DNA of 64,000 bases from Chloroflexota bacterium (GTDB taxonomy: Bacteria; Chloroflexota; Anaerolineae; UBA1429): positions 22,968 through 86,967 of the forward strand of contig DAIPBO010000001.1 in the NCBI GenBank assembly GCA_036774405.1. The letters run 5' to 3'. Made by a program: the position numbers and the translations under genes. The notes beneath the pieces are model-generated. The model saw only the letters and a list, made by a program, of their open reading frames with translations, did not search any database and was not told the DNA's origin. How positions within the stretch are numbered: the first letter of the stretch is position 1; the number at the start of each line of letters is the position of its first letter. Positions 34,874 through 44,759 of the stretch are shown here, one piece after another.

Positions 34874-35866
34874 TCAGCTCGCCAGAATCTCTTCGATGGT
34901 GTTGAGCTCCTCGTCGCTCAGCGACAGATTCGTCAGTGCTCCCACATTGTCCTCGATCTGGGCTGGCGATGAGGCGCCAACGAGCACCGAGGTGACGACC
35001 GGCTGTCGTAGAATCCACGCCACTGCCATCTGTGCAAGCGTTTGGCCGCGCTCTTTCGCCAGATCGTTGAGCAGCGCCACCTTCTGCAGCTTGTCTGGCG
35101 TGATGTTGCGCGCCTTGAGAAAGCCCCACGGCTTGGCCGCTCGCGAGCCCTCGGGGATGCCGTCCAGATAGCGATCGGTGAGCAGCCCCTGAGCCAGCGG
35201 TGAAAAGACGATCGCACCGATGCCCTCATCTGCCAGCACGTCTAGCAGGCCATCCTCGACCCAGCGGTTGAACATGTTGTACGAGGGCTGGTGAATCAAG
35301 CACGGTGTACCCAGGTCTCTTAGAATCGCCGCTGCGCGTTGCGTCTGCTCGGGCGTATATGATGAAATGCCTGCATAGAGGGCGCGGCCCGAACGCACGA
35401 TATAGTCCAGAGCGCCCATGGTCTCTTCCAGCGGTGTGTCTGGGTCGGGGCGGTGCGAGTAAAAGATGTCCACATACTCTAGCCCCATGCGGCGCAGCGA
35501 TTGATCGCAAGACGCCACCAGATTCTTGCGAGAGCCCCACTCGCCATATGGTCCCGGCCACATGCGGTAGCCCGCCTTGGACGAGATGATCAGCTCGTCG
35601 CGAAAAGGCGCGAGATCTTGCTTGAGCAGCACGCCAAAGCTCTCTTCGGCAGAGCCTGGCGGCGGGCCATAGTTGTTGGCAAGGTCAAAGTGGGTGATGC
35701 CGAGATCAAAGGCGCGCCGCACCATGGCGCGGGCATTCTCGAGGGTATCGACACCGCCAAAGTTGTGCCACAAGCCCAGCGAAAGGGCCGGCAGCATCAG
35801 GCCGCTTTGGCCACAACGACGATACAGCATGTCTCTGTAACGGTCTTCTGCTGGCTGATACACCAT
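34874..35866 (-). CDS. aldo/keto reductase (YghZ/Tas-like)
   Basis: RRCGQSGLMLPALSLGLWHNFG N-terminal AKR signature. Confidence 0.8.
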   Translation of the reverse strand: MVYQPAEDRYRDMLYRRCGQSGLMLPALSLGLWHNFGGVDTLENARAMVRRAFDLGITHFDLANNYGPPPGSAEESFGVLLKQDLAPFRDELIISSKAGYRMWPGPYGEWGSRKNLVASCDQSLRRMGLEYVDIFYSHRPDPDTPLEETMGALDYIVRSGRALYAGISSYTPEQTQRAAAILRDLGTPCLIHQPSYNMFNRWVEDGLLDVLADEGIGAIVFSPLAQGLLTDRYLDGIPEGSRAAKPWGFLKARNITPDKLQKVALLNDLAKERGQTLAQMAVAWILRQPVVTSVLVGASSPAQIEDNVGALTNLSLSDEELNTIEEILAS

Positions 35867-35977
35867 CGCTCACACCTCCATAGAAGCGAACACGGTCACG
35901 GCATGCGCCGCTCGCCGAGCAATCTGATACAACCAGTATAGCGCGGCACGGCCCCCAGGCGCTAGTGCCCGATATGG

Positions 35978-36007
35978 TTGGCAGGCGGGTGTGCTCTGGG
36001 CTATGCT
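35978..36007 (+). promoter_or_regulatory. candidate promoter of the MttB-family gene (TTGGCA-17/18-TATGCT)
   Basis: -35 TTGGCA 35978-35983, -10 CTATGCT 36001-36007. GGGAGGAGG Shine-Dalgarno sequence, ATG 36035. Confidence 0.4.
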
Positions 36008-36034
36008 GCGAGCCAGACAGGGAGGAGGCCAGCG

Positions 36035-37480
36035 ATGAACCACATTCGTGCGTGTATCGAGGTGCTGGACGATCGTGATCTGCAGCGCATTCATGAGGCC
36101 ACGCTGGACGTTCTATGGCGGACCGGCTGCAGACTGCCGCACCGACGCATCCTCACCCGTCTGGCCGAAGCGGGCGCCGATGTGGATTGGGCCACAGGAG
36201 TCGTGCATCTGCCGGCGGCACTGGTCGTCGAGGCGATGGACGCGCTGAGAGGAGAGCGGCTCTCTCGCGAGGAGCGTTTTGAGCAGGGGGTGCTGCGCGG
36301 GCGCCGGCTGACCATCGGCCCCTGTAACGAGGCCAACATCGTTGACTATGGCGCGGCTGAGCGCCGGCGCGGCACTACTGAAGATGTGCTCAAAGGCCTG
36401 GTTCTGTGCAATAAGCTATCGCACGTCGGCAGTGCCATGCCGCTGGTGACGCCGAGCGACTGCCCTGCCGCCATGGCCGATGTGTACGGCTATTACCTGT
36501 GCGCTCTCTATTCGGCCAAGCCCTTTAGCGTCTACCTCATGTCGCCCGGCGCGGCTGATGCCATCATGGCGTTGTCAGCGGCGCGCTATGGACCCGAGGC
36601 GCGCCGACCGGCCTACTTGCTCGAGCCTAACGGCGCTCTCTCTTACGACGACATCAGCCTGGAGCTGGCATTGCGCTTTGTCGAGGCGGGTGGCTCCTTC
36701 CATATCGGCCCCATGGCCATGGCGGGGCTCGACGCGCCGGTGACCCTGGCCGGCACCCTGGTGCTGCAGAACGCCTATAACTGGATCGGCAACGTGGTGG
36801 CCTTTCTGTGGGGCGCCTCTGGCTCGTGGGGTGGAGGCGCGCACGCCGCCGACATGCGCTCGGCGCTGTGCTCGTTTGGCTCGCCAAACCAGCTGCTGTT
36901 GGGCCTGGGCGCAGCGCAACTGGGGCAATGGTATGGCTTTGCCGTGAGTGTGAACTCGGCATTGACCGACGCCTGCGTGCCCGACTTTCAGGGCGGCTTT
37001 GAAAAGGGTGTGTCAGCCCTGACAGCCCTACTGGCGGGCGCCAGCTTTGGGGCACAGGGCATTGTGGGGGCTGATCAGGGCTCGAGCCTCGAACAACTGG
37101 TCATCGACAATGAGTGGGCCAGTTATCTTGACCATGTGCTCTCGCACGGCATCCCGGTCGATGATGCAACGCTGGCTGTCGATGAGATCGATCGCGCTGG
37201 CATCCTGGGTAGCCATATCGCCAGCGAGCATACTGTGCGCCATATGCGCCAGACCTACTGGCGCTCATCCATCTTTAACCATGAGGGGTTCGATGCCTGG
37301 GCCGAGCGGGGTGCCCACGACGTCTATGCTCGCGCTCATCAGCAGGTCGAGCAGATACTCGCCGAGCACTATCCGCCAGCGCTACAGGTCAGCGACGCAG
37401 TGCGGGCCGAACTCGACGCTATCATGGCAGGCGCGCGCGCCCACCCCGAGCGCTTTCGGGCGGAGCGCTACACGCCGTAG
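36035..37480 (+). CDS. MttB-superfamily (trimethylamine methyltransferase-like) protein, non-pyrrolysine type
   Basis: 481 aa TIM-barrel MttB-like pattern from the start (MNHIRACIEVLDDRDLQRIHEATLDVL). No in-frame TAG. Start at ATG 36035 after a strong Shine-Dalgarno sequence. Confidence 0.65.
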   Translation: MNHIRACIEVLDDRDLQRIHEATLDVLWRTGCRLPHRRILTRLAEAGADVDWATGVVHLPAALVVEAMDALRGERLSREERFEQGVLRGRRLTIGPCNEANIVDYGAAERRRGTTEDVLKGLVLCNKLSHVGSAMPLVTPSDCPAAMADVYGYYLCALYSAKPFSVYLMSPGAADAIMALSAARYGPEARRPAYLLEPNGALSYDDISLELALRFVEAGGSFHIGPMAMAGLDAPVTLAGTLVLQNAYNWIGNVVAFLWGASGSWGGGAHAADMRSALCSFGSPNQLLLGLGAAQLGQWYGFAVSVNSALTDACVPDFQGGFEKGVSALTALLAGASFGAQGIVGADQGSSLEQLVIDNEWASYLDHVLSHGIPVDDATLAVDEIDRAGILGSHIASEHTVRHMRQTYWRSSIFNHEGFDAWAERGAHDVYARAHQQVEQILAEHYPPALQVSDAVRAELDAIMAGARAHPERFRAERYTP

Positions 37481-38409
37481 CGCACGCCGCCGGGTAACGA
37501 GCGAAACTCGACCGGGCGCTCAACCTCATCGGCGAGTATCTTGCGCCCGAGCTCGTCGCCATACTGCGTCAGGAGCTGCACCTGGGTGGCATCATCCATG
37601 TCGATGGGCGCTCGCAGGTCCACCTGGAACCGGCGAAAGTCGAGCTGATCGTAGAAAGTATCCACCAGGTGCACCTGCTGATCGTCAGCCGAGTGCTGAA
37701 AAGCCCCCAACGCCGGGCCGATCCAGTCCCATGGCCACAGCCGCTCTGCCTCGCCTTCACTCAGTGCAGATGGGGCACGGCCCGTGCCCACGCTGATGAG
37801 CGTTGTCTCAGCAGGGTGCCAGTGCAGCACTTCTTGTAGCTCGAATGCGGCGAGGTAGCACGGGTTGCCGTATGAGCCCACGCCGCCGTCGACAAAGCGA
37901 CCCGCCACCACCGGAAAGTAGGTAGGCACCGCGCAAGAGGCCAGCACGGCCGTACGTAGTGGCAGTCGGGCATACTCGGCCTTCCATGGCTTGAAGAAGC
38001 GGGTGCGGTTCTCGACCAGGTCAAAGGCGGTGATGACCAGGTCCATACCCTTGCTCCTGGTCCACAGCTCGGCCATGGTGATATCGCCCACCACACGTTG
38101 CAGCGCGCCCTCTAGAGGCTCGAGGGGGTACTTGAACCGCACCAGCGGCCATAGCCGCGTGCGCCAGCTCTTGCGAAAGACGGCTGACCCCATGGCCACG
38201 TACAGCTCGTACATCTGCTGCGCAGTGAGCCCCATCGCGAGTGCCGCCGAGATGATCGCCCCTGTTGAGGTGCCTGTGGCCAGGCCCACTACGCGATGCA
38301 GGGGTTGCCGCAGGTAAGACTCGACGATGGCCAGTGCCCGCGTCACCACGATTCCCTTGATGCCGCCACCGTCGATTGAGATGGCTACATTCTTGCGTAG
38401 AGGTCTCAT
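37468..38409 (-). CDS. patatin-like phospholipase
   Basis: ISIDGGGIKG oxyanion motif, GTSTGAI GxSxG. Start at ATG 38407-38409 (MRPLRKN) after CAGGGAG. Confidence 0.75.
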   Translation of the reverse strand: MRPLRKNVAISIDGGGIKGIVVTRALAIVESYLRQPLHRVVGLATGTSTGAIISAALAMGLTAQQMYELYVAMGSAVFRKSWRTRLWPLVRFKYPLEPLEGALQRVVGDITMAELWTRSKGMDLVITAFDLVENRTRFFKPWKAEYARLPLRTAVLASCAVPTYFPVVAGRFVDGGVGSYGNPCYLAAFELQEVLHWHPAETTLISVGTGRAPSALSEGEAERLWPWDWIGPALGAFQHSADDQQVHLVDTFYDQLDFRRFQVDLRAPIDMDDATQVQLLTQYGDELGRKILADEVERPVEFRSLPGGVRYGV

Positions 38410-38596
38410 GAGCGGACTCCCTGGATAGCCTATCGCTGTCAGTCTATCAGCGATGATAGGGCGGGGCGCAGCGACCGTCAAGGTGATTCATACTGAGCGC
38501 CGCTGGCATCGTCTCGTGATGAGCGGCTTGCTCCTATGCTTGACGGATGCTCTACCCTGACGCAACATCGCAGCCAGCCTGGCCGGAGGAAGTGGC

Positions 38597-39790
38597 ATGG
38601 AAATCACCGATCTCAAATGCGCGCTCATTGGCGACAATCCGATCGTGCGCGTGCTGACCGATGAGGGGCTTGACGGTTTTGGTGAGGTCGAATCATCGAA
38701 ACCGTATCTCAAACCGCATGTGCTGTTCTATCGTGACCTGATTCTGGGGCTCGACCCGACCGATGTGGAGAGCGTGATGCTGCGCATCCGCAAACTGGGG
38801 AGCTTCAAGCCCTGGGGCAGTGCGGTGAGCGCCATCGAGATGGCTCTCTGGGATATCGCAGGCAAGGCGGCTGGGGTGCCAGTGTACAAGCTACTGGGCG
38901 GCAAGGTGCGCGATCGTGTGCGCGTCTATAACGGCTCGGTGCGCTTTCACATGCAGGGTTATGAGCCCGAGCATTTTGCCGACGTCATGGCCAAGATGAA
39001 AGCGCGCCCCGAAAAGTTCTCGCTCATCAAGCAGGGCATCTCGTTTCACAGTCGCATGCCGCAAGATCGGCCCGAGTTCTTTGGTTTTGACGCGCGCCCG
39101 GGGGCGCGTCATTTCGCTCGCGGACCGCTGAACGAGCGTGGCCTCAAGCATATCGTGACCTGTGTCGAGGCGATGAAGGCTGTGCTGGGCGACGAGGTGG
39201 GGCTGGCGCTCGACTGTGGCCCTGGCTGGATGATGCCCGATGCCATCCGCCTGGCGCGCGCTCTGGAGCCGCTCAACATCGCTTGGCTCGAGGACATGCT
39301 CACCGGCGATTATACGCCCTACGTGATGGCCGACATGTATCGCGAGCTGACGCGTAGCACCACCACGCCCATCCACACCGGTGAGCAGATCTATCTACGG
39401 CACCACTTTAAAGAGTTGTTCGAAAAGCAGGCTGTGCGCATCGTGGGGCCAGACCCGTGCGATGTGGGCGGCATCGCCGAGCTCAAGTGGGTAGCCGAGT
39501 ATGCCGATCTTCACGGCATCATGATGGCCCCTCATGGCACCAACGATGGCGTACTGGGGTTGGCCGCGCTGGTGCAGGTGGCCGCCACGTTGCCCGAGAA
39601 CTATATCGCCTTCGAGTACCCGATTGGCAAGCCCGACTGGTGGTATGAGATCGTCACTGGCTTGCCCGACCCGATCGTGGTCGATAGTCACATCACCGTG
39701 TGGGATCGGCCCGGTATGGGCGTCGAGCTCGTTCCCGAGGCTGCAGAGCCGTATCTGGCACCCGAGGACGCTGGCTTTTTCACGTGGTAA
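38597..39790 (+). CDS. enolase-superfamily enzyme (mandelate racemase/muconate lactonizing, acid-sugar dehydratase-like)
   Basis: MEITDLKCALIGDNPIVRVLTDEGLDGFGEVE capping domain. KxK and metal-ligand pattern (LDCGPG, WLEDM) in the barrel. Confidence 0.75.
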   Translation: MEITDLKCALIGDNPIVRVLTDEGLDGFGEVESSKPYLKPHVLFYRDLILGLDPTDVESVMLRIRKLGSFKPWGSAVSAIEMALWDIAGKAAGVPVYKLLGGKVRDRVRVYNGSVRFHMQGYEPEHFADVMAKMKARPEKFSLIKQGISFHSRMPQDRPEFFGFDARPGARHFARGPLNERGLKHIVTCVEAMKAVLGDEVGLALDCGPGWMMPDAIRLARALEPLNIAWLEDMLTGDYTPYVMADMYRELTRSTTTPIHTGEQIYLRHHFKELFEKQAVRIVGPDPCDVGGIAELKWVAEYADLHGIMMAPHGTNDGVLGLAALVQVAATLPENYIAFEYPIGKPDWWYEIVTGLPDPIVVDSHITVWDRPGMGVELVPEAAEPYLAPEDAGFFTW

Positions 39791-39801
39791 AGCCCCTAGG
39801 C

Positions 39802-39833
39802 AAAGAGAGGGCGCCCTCGGACGCCCTCTCTTT
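39802..39833. terminator. bidirectional terminator hairpin between convergent genes
   Basis: AAAGAGAGGGCG-8 nt-CGCCCTCTCTTT 12-bp stem between stops at 39790 and 39847. Confidence 0.55.
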
Positions 39834-39846
39834 GCGTTGATCGCCG

Positions 39847-40899
39847 CTACTCTTTGTTGAGGTTGTACTTCATAATGCCCGCGTGCTTGCCGCCCTTGAC
39901 GCGCTCCAGTCCATAAACGGGGCCAAGGGGCCCGGCGGCCTGCGCGATGACGGCATCGATGATGGCCAGATCATCGGCATCAAGCGCGAACTGGAACAGT
40001 TTGAGTGTGTCAGACAGGTGGCGGGCGTGGCGCGCCCCCACGATGGCCGCAGCCACACGCTCTTGCTGCAGTACGTAGCGCGTCGCTACTGTGGCGATGC
40101 TGGCGTCATGTCGATCTGCCACGGTACGCAGGCTGCGCAGTAGTCCCTGGAACAACTCCCAGCCGCCAAAATCGTCGATGATCAACTTGTACTTGACCAA
40201 AGAGCGGTTCTCTAGAGGTCCTTGCGGTTCGGGCACGTTCAGGTAGCGGTCGCTCAGAAAGCCGCCCGCTACGGTGCCATAGCACAGCAGCCAGATGCCG
40301 TGCTGGTTGCACAGCTCGACCAGCGCATTGCGAGGCCGCCGGTCGAGCACCGAGTACTGCACCTGGCACGAGCGTACCTGTACGCCTGCTGCCAGGATCT
40401 CTTGCAGGTGCTCGGCGTCAAAGTTGGTCACCGCCACATGCTTGACCTTACCAAGCTCGTGTAGCCGTTGCAGGTGTTGCGCCGCTTCGACATAGCCTGG
40501 CACGTCATAGTCCCACCAGTGGAACTGGACCAGGTCGACACGCTCTATGCCCAGGCGAGTGAGCGTGCGTTCAACGATGGCCGCTGTATCGGCGTAGGTG
40601 AGGTGGGCTAGTGCGCCGAGGTCAGGCACATACTTGGTGTGCACCTGCACGGCGGGCAGCTCTCCAGACCGAATGGCCGCACCGTAGCGCCCGAAAAAGG
40701 CGCCGATCAGCTCCTCGACACCTGTATAGATGTCTGCGCAGTCAAAGGTAGTGATGCCAGCGCGCACATAGGCGGCCATATCATCAATGGCCTGTGTCTG
40801 GTCGACTGTGCCATGCCCGCCGGCCAGCTGCCAGCCCCCCTTGATGACGCGCGAGATCTCGTGCTGCTCGGTCAGCCAGAAGCGTTCGACAGGGGCCAT
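39847..40899 (-). CDS. aldo/keto reductase
   Basis: ITTFDCADIYTGVEELIG and AKR barrel pattern. Confidence 0.75.
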   Translation of the reverse strand: MAPVERFWLTEQHEISRVIKGGWQLAGGHGTVDQTQAIDDMAAYVRAGITTFDCADIYTGVEELIGAFFGRYGAAIRSGELPAVQVHTKYVPDLGALAHLTYADTAAIVERTLTRLGIERVDLVQFHWWDYDVPGYVEAAQHLQRLHELGKVKHVAVTNFDAEHLQEILAAGVQVRSCQVQYSVLDRRPRNALVELCNQHGIWLLCYGTVAGGFLSDRYLNVPEPQGPLENRSLVKYKLIIDDFGGWELFQGLLRSLRTVADRHDASIATVATRYVLQQERVAAAIVGARHARHLSDTLKLFQFALDADDLAIIDAVIAQAAGPLGPVYGLERVKGGKHAGIMKYNLNKE

Positions 40900-40900
40900 A

Positions 40901-41260
40901 TCACTCCTCTCTCAAGGGCACCACGGTGACGTCACCGTGATGAAAGGTGCGTTTGCGCACGCGTTTGATCTCAAAGAGCCCGCCGCAGTTGGGGTCGGGG
41001 CAAGCGATGAGCGTATCCGTCGTCATCCAGTCGTTGGCGTGCGTCTCGCGCTGTTTGGCGGGGATCAGGGGCAGCAGCGCCGCCAGCGGATAGATGGGAA
41101 AGCTCTGCCCCGGCGGCAGCGATAGCTCTTCGCCGCTCACCTCGAAATAGCTGCCGATGGGATGGTTGCATACCATCGACTTGCCTGGCTGGCAGCCCAC
41201 CACCTCGACGCGGATGTCATACAGCTCAAAGGCGCCTTGACGCTCGTGATCAGCTGGCAT
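40901..41260 (-). CDS. small Cys-rich protein (TIGR04076-like)
   Basis: 119 aa. YDIRVEVVGCQPGKSMVCNHPIG and ACPDPNCGG Cys clusters. ATG 41258-41260 after AGGAGGAGG, 5 nt after the MFS stop. Confidence 0.5.
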   Translation of the reverse strand: MPADHERQGAFELYDIRVEVVGCQPGKSMVCNHPIGSYFEVSGEELSLPPGQSFPIYPLAALLPLIPAKQRETHANDWMTTDTLIACPDPNCGGLFEIKRVRKRTFHHGDVTVVPLREE

Positions 41261-42530
41261 GCGCAACCTCCTCCTGGGTAGCGGGGGCAGGATCTGTGAT
41301 CGACAGAATGACACCGATGCCGATCATGATCAAGATCGCCATGGCCCAGAACACTGGCTTGAGGCCCCATATCTGGGCGAGCAGTCCGAGCAGAAATGGT
41401 CCGCCGGTCGAGCCGATGCCACCGGCCGTTGAGTAGACGCCAACCGCCGTGCCGCGCAACTCGTCAGAGAACTGATGGGTGACGAACGCTTGTCCTGAAG
41501 TGAGAAACATGCCATAGGCCACGCCTTCGACGGCCAGCAGCGCCGTCAGCAACGGCGCCGCGCTGGTAGCTTGGATGCCGATGATGGCCGCCGCTGCCAG
41601 TGCCAGGGCAATCACCATCAGGCGTCGCGCCGACAGGTGCCCGGATGCCAGCCCGGTAGGCAGACGAGCTGCCGTGGACATGACGGCGCGCAAAGCAAAC
41701 ATGCTGCCGATGGCGGCTGTGCTGATGCCGAGGCTGTCGGCATAGACTGCGAAAAAGCTAGCAACCAGTCCGCTATACCACATATTGTTGCAGAGGTTGG
41801 CCACGCTGGCTGCCAGCAAGGGCTTGCTGTGGGTGAGTAGGGCCCAGGCATCGCCGCTGGCCTGTCGCCCGGTTGTTGTGGCTTGAGCGCGACTCGATCT
41901 ACTCTGCAGCCCCCAGGCGGCTATGCCCGCGCCCAGCGCTGCGATGCCTGCGGCCAGATAGTAAGAGCCCTCAAAGCCCCAACGGGCCGAAGTGCTGCCC
42001 CCGATGGCGCTGCCCAACGCAAACCCAGAACCCATGAAGGTGGCGTACAGCCCGATGGTTAGTCCCCTGTCGCCGCTGGCAACTGTGTCGCCGATGTAGG
42101 CCATGCCCATGAAGAACGTCGACACCATGGCCACGCCCACCAGGGCCTTCATCGGCAACAGCCAGAAGGCGTTGGGCACGATGGTATAGCCCAGCGCCGC
42201 CAGGCCGAACAGCAGCATGCCCGCCACCAGCACGGGCTTGCGCCCGTGTCGGTCAGACAGCATGCCAATGGGCACCGACACAAAGATACGGCTCAAGCCC
42301 TCGATGGCCGTAAGCACGCCCACCAGTGCCATGGTGGCACCGATACCGGTGGCGTACAGCGCAAAGTTGGGGGCGATGATGCCCGCTACCGTATCTGCAG
42401 CCAGGATCATCAAACACAGCGACAGGATGTCTTTGCGGGCCAGCACCCGCAGCAGTTTACGCCAGGTCGTGTCCAAGGGTGCACTCCTCCATATGTGTCT
42501 GACGCACAAACGCCGCGGCCCGGCGGCCAC
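41250..42530 (-). CDS. MFS transporter
   Basis: 12 predicted TM helices, MFS motif A-like GMLSDRHGRK. Confidence 0.75.
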   Translation of the reverse strand: MAAGPRRLCVRHIWRSAPLDTTWRKLLRVLARKDILSLCLMILAADTVAGIIAPNFALYATGIGATMALVGVLTAIEGLSRIFVSVPIGMLSDRHGRKPVLVAGMLLFGLAALGYTIVPNAFWLLPMKALVGVAMVSTFFMGMAYIGDTVASGDRGLTIGLYATFMGSGFALGSAIGGSTSARWGFEGSYYLAAGIAALGAGIAAWGLQSRSSRAQATTTGRQASGDAWALLTHSKPLLAASVANLCNNMWYSGLVASFFAVYADSLGISTAAIGSMFALRAVMSTAARLPTGLASGHLSARRLMVIALALAAAAIIGIQATSAAPLLTALLAVEGVAYGMFLTSGQAFVTHQFSDELRGTAVGVYSTAGGIGSTGGPFLLGLLAQIWGLKPVFWAMAILIMIGIGVILSITDPAPATQEEVAHAS

Positions 42531-42555
42531 GGCGTTTGGTAAAGCGTACCGATGC

Positions 42556-43740
42556 CTACAACCTGACGAGCCAGAGTTCCTTTTGCGGGGGCACCAGCCA
42601 CTCGGCGCCGTGCTCGCGCAGCACGATCATCTCTTCGATGCTGATATAGCCCCACTCGGTGCGCACGCCAAACTCGAGCGTGAACACCTGCCCCGCGGCC
42701 ACGCGCCCAAACGGTTTGTTGCCATAGCGCTCCCAGCGCGGATAAAAGCCCACGCCACCGTCGTGGGCATAGCGACCCACCTGATGGCCCAGAGCATGCG
42801 GATACTCGGGGTAGCCCGCATCGACGATGAACTTGCGGGCTACGGCGTCCACTTCCCAGCCCTGCATGCCAGGCTTGACGGCGTCAAAGGCTGCCTGAAT
42901 GCCATCACGCACCGAGGTAAAGGCGTGCTTGACGCCTTCGGGCGCGTCGGTCTCTCCCTCGCGCATAAAGTACCATACGCGCTGGTTGTCAGAGCAGAAA
43001 CCGTCTTGCTTGACGCCGAAATCCATGTTCAGTGTAACGCCGGGGCGAACGACTTCATCGCTGGCGCCAAAGTGCCCCCAGGGCGAGTTGGGCCCCGCAT
43101 TGAGGCCGGGGCAGTGAGCGTCGTCCCACGAGTTCTCGAGCCCCATATCTCTGACTTGTTGCTGCACCCGGGCAAAGATCTCTTTTTCGCTCATGCCGTT
43201 GCGCAGCCAGCCGGCCATGCCCTCAAAAATGCTCACCGCGCTCATCCCTGCAGTGTGCATGGTCTCGATCTCGGCGGGAGTCTTGCGGCTGCGTACGGCC
43301 TCGCACACATCCTCGGCCGAGACCAGTCGGTCGGCATAGGGCGTTTGGGCCAGGTAGCTTTGCAGGTTGAGCAGCATGCCATAGGTCAGGCCGTCGGCTG
43401 AGACGTCGCTTTGCGAGTAGTTGACGCCGATCGACTTGGGCTGCCACTTGTCCAGAACCTGCAGCAACGGCTCTTTGATGCTGAGCTGGTAGGGGATCAC
43501 CTCATCGAACAGGCCTTGCGAGCGAATGGCCTCATCATCGCCCAAGCCGGTGATGGCAATGCGTTCGCCAGAACGGTGGAACATAAAAGCCGCCGACCAG
43601 ACGGCACCCAGGTGACCTAGCACCTTGAGCACCGGATCGGTGTGCTCGGCGGTCTCGCGCACAAAGATCAGCCACATGTCGAGGTCAAACTCGTCGAGCA
43701 GCCCGGCAACCTGTTGCACCTTTTCTTGATAGACAGACAT
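42556..43740 (-). CDS. M24 family metallopeptidase (Xaa-Pro aminopeptidase/creatinase fold)
   Basis: N-terminal creatinase-like domain and C-terminal pita-bread fold with His/Asp/Glu metal ligands. Confidence 0.75.
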   Translation of the reverse strand: MSVYQEKVQQVAGLLDEFDLDMWLIFVRETAEHTDPVLKVLGHLGAVWSAAFMFHRSGERIAITGLGDDEAIRSQGLFDEVIPYQLSIKEPLLQVLDKWQPKSIGVNYSQSDVSADGLTYGMLLNLQSYLAQTPYADRLVSAEDVCEAVRSRKTPAEIETMHTAGMSAVSIFEGMAGWLRNGMSEKEIFARVQQQVRDMGLENSWDDAHCPGLNAGPNSPWGHFGASDEVVRPGVTLNMDFGVKQDGFCSDNQRVWYFMREGETDAPEGVKHAFTSVRDGIQAAFDAVKPGMQGWEVDAVARKFIVDAGYPEYPHALGHQVGRYAHDGGVGFYPRWERYGNKPFGRVAAGQVFTLEFGVRTEWGYISIEEMIVLREHGAEWLVPPQKELWLVRL

Positions 43741-43796
43741 GGTCCTCTCCTTTGACAGAATGGTGCCCCCGACAGCGGGGGCGAGTTCGAGCGAAA

Positions 43797-44696
43797 TCAG
43801 AGCTTCATGCGTGGATCGAGGGCGTCACGCAGTGCGTCGCCCATAAAGTTGATGCACAAGGTGCTGAAAAAGATCATCAAGCCCGGAAAGGTGGCCACCC
43901 AGGGCGCCGACCAAATCACGTCCTGGGCGTTCTTGAGCATATTGCCCCAGCTTGGGAGTGGCGGCTGGATGCCCAATCCCAGATAGCTCACCGAGGTCTC
44001 GGTAAGGATGGCCGAGCCGATAGACAGCGTGGCCGCCACCGCCAGCGGCGCAATAGCGTTAGGCAAGATGTGCGTCCACATGATGCGGGCGTTGCGAGCG
44101 CCCACGCAACGCGCTGCGGTGACAAACTCTTGCTCCTTGAGCTGCAAGAACATCGAGCGAACGATGCGCGCCACCGTCATCCAGTTGAGCAGGCCGATGG
44201 CCAGCACAATGGTCGAGACCGACGGGCCAAAGAACACCGATAGGGCGATGATGAGAAAGATGCCGGGGATGCTGAGCATGATGTCGGTGAATCGCATGAT
44301 GATACTGTCGACCACGCCACCAAAGTAGCCGGCCGTGGCCCCCAAGATGGTGCCAACTGACAGGGCAACGACCATAGCGAGCACGCCCACCGTTAGCGAA
44401 ATGCGCCCGCCATAGATCAGACGGGCCAGAATATCGCGGCCTACCTCATCGGTGCCCAGAACATGCTCTGCAGACGGCGCGTTGTTGACCAGTAATGGGT
44501 TGGGCCGGAATGCCGCGTCGTAGCTCACAAAGGTAAGCGGCCCCAGAGCGACGATCAGTACGATCAGCAGAAAGACCGCCGAGGCGATGACGCCGGCTCG
44601 ATGTCTCAGGAACCGTCGTAGCGCCAGCCCCCAAATACTGGGGGGGTTCTTCTGTTGTCCGTTCAGGCGCTCAAGGGCAGTTGTCGATTCAGTCAT
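43797..44696 (-). CDS. ABC transporter permease (DppC/OppC family)
   Basis: Paralogous to 33915-34811. Confidence 0.8.
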   Translation of the reverse strand: MTESTTALERLNGQQKNPPSIWGLALRRFLRHRAGVIASAVFLLIVLIVALGPLTFVSYDAAFRPNPLLVNNAPSAEHVLGTDEVGRDILARLIYGGRISLTVGVLAMVVALSVGTILGATAGYFGGVVDSIIMRFTDIMLSIPGIFLIIALSVFFGPSVSTIVLAIGLLNWMTVARIVRSMFLQLKEQEFVTAARCVGARNARIMWTHILPNAIAPLAVAATLSIGSAILTETSVSYLGLGIQPPLPSWGNMLKNAQDVIWSAPWVATFPGLMIFFSTLCINFMGDALRDALDPRMKL

Positions 44697-44759
44697 GCTG
44701 TGCTCCTGACTGCAAGGTTATCGTATAAACGCCGCGGCGCGTCTTTGCGTCGTGGGCGG

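Noticed and set aside
36035-37480. Possible pyrrolysine-containing MttB.
   Set aside because: No in-frame TAG. The ORF is continuous, so it is the non-Pyl MttB superfamily.
37468-38409. Patatin-like phospholipase as a possible CBASS or defence effector.
   Set aside because: No cyclase, E1/E2, HORMA, STAND defence partner or other defence gene adjacent. Neighbours are metabolic.
38431-38462. Imperfect inverted repeat CCTATCGCTG...CAGCGATGATAGG upstream of patatin.
   Set aside because: Short and imperfect. Could be an operator, but there is no supporting motif recurrence.
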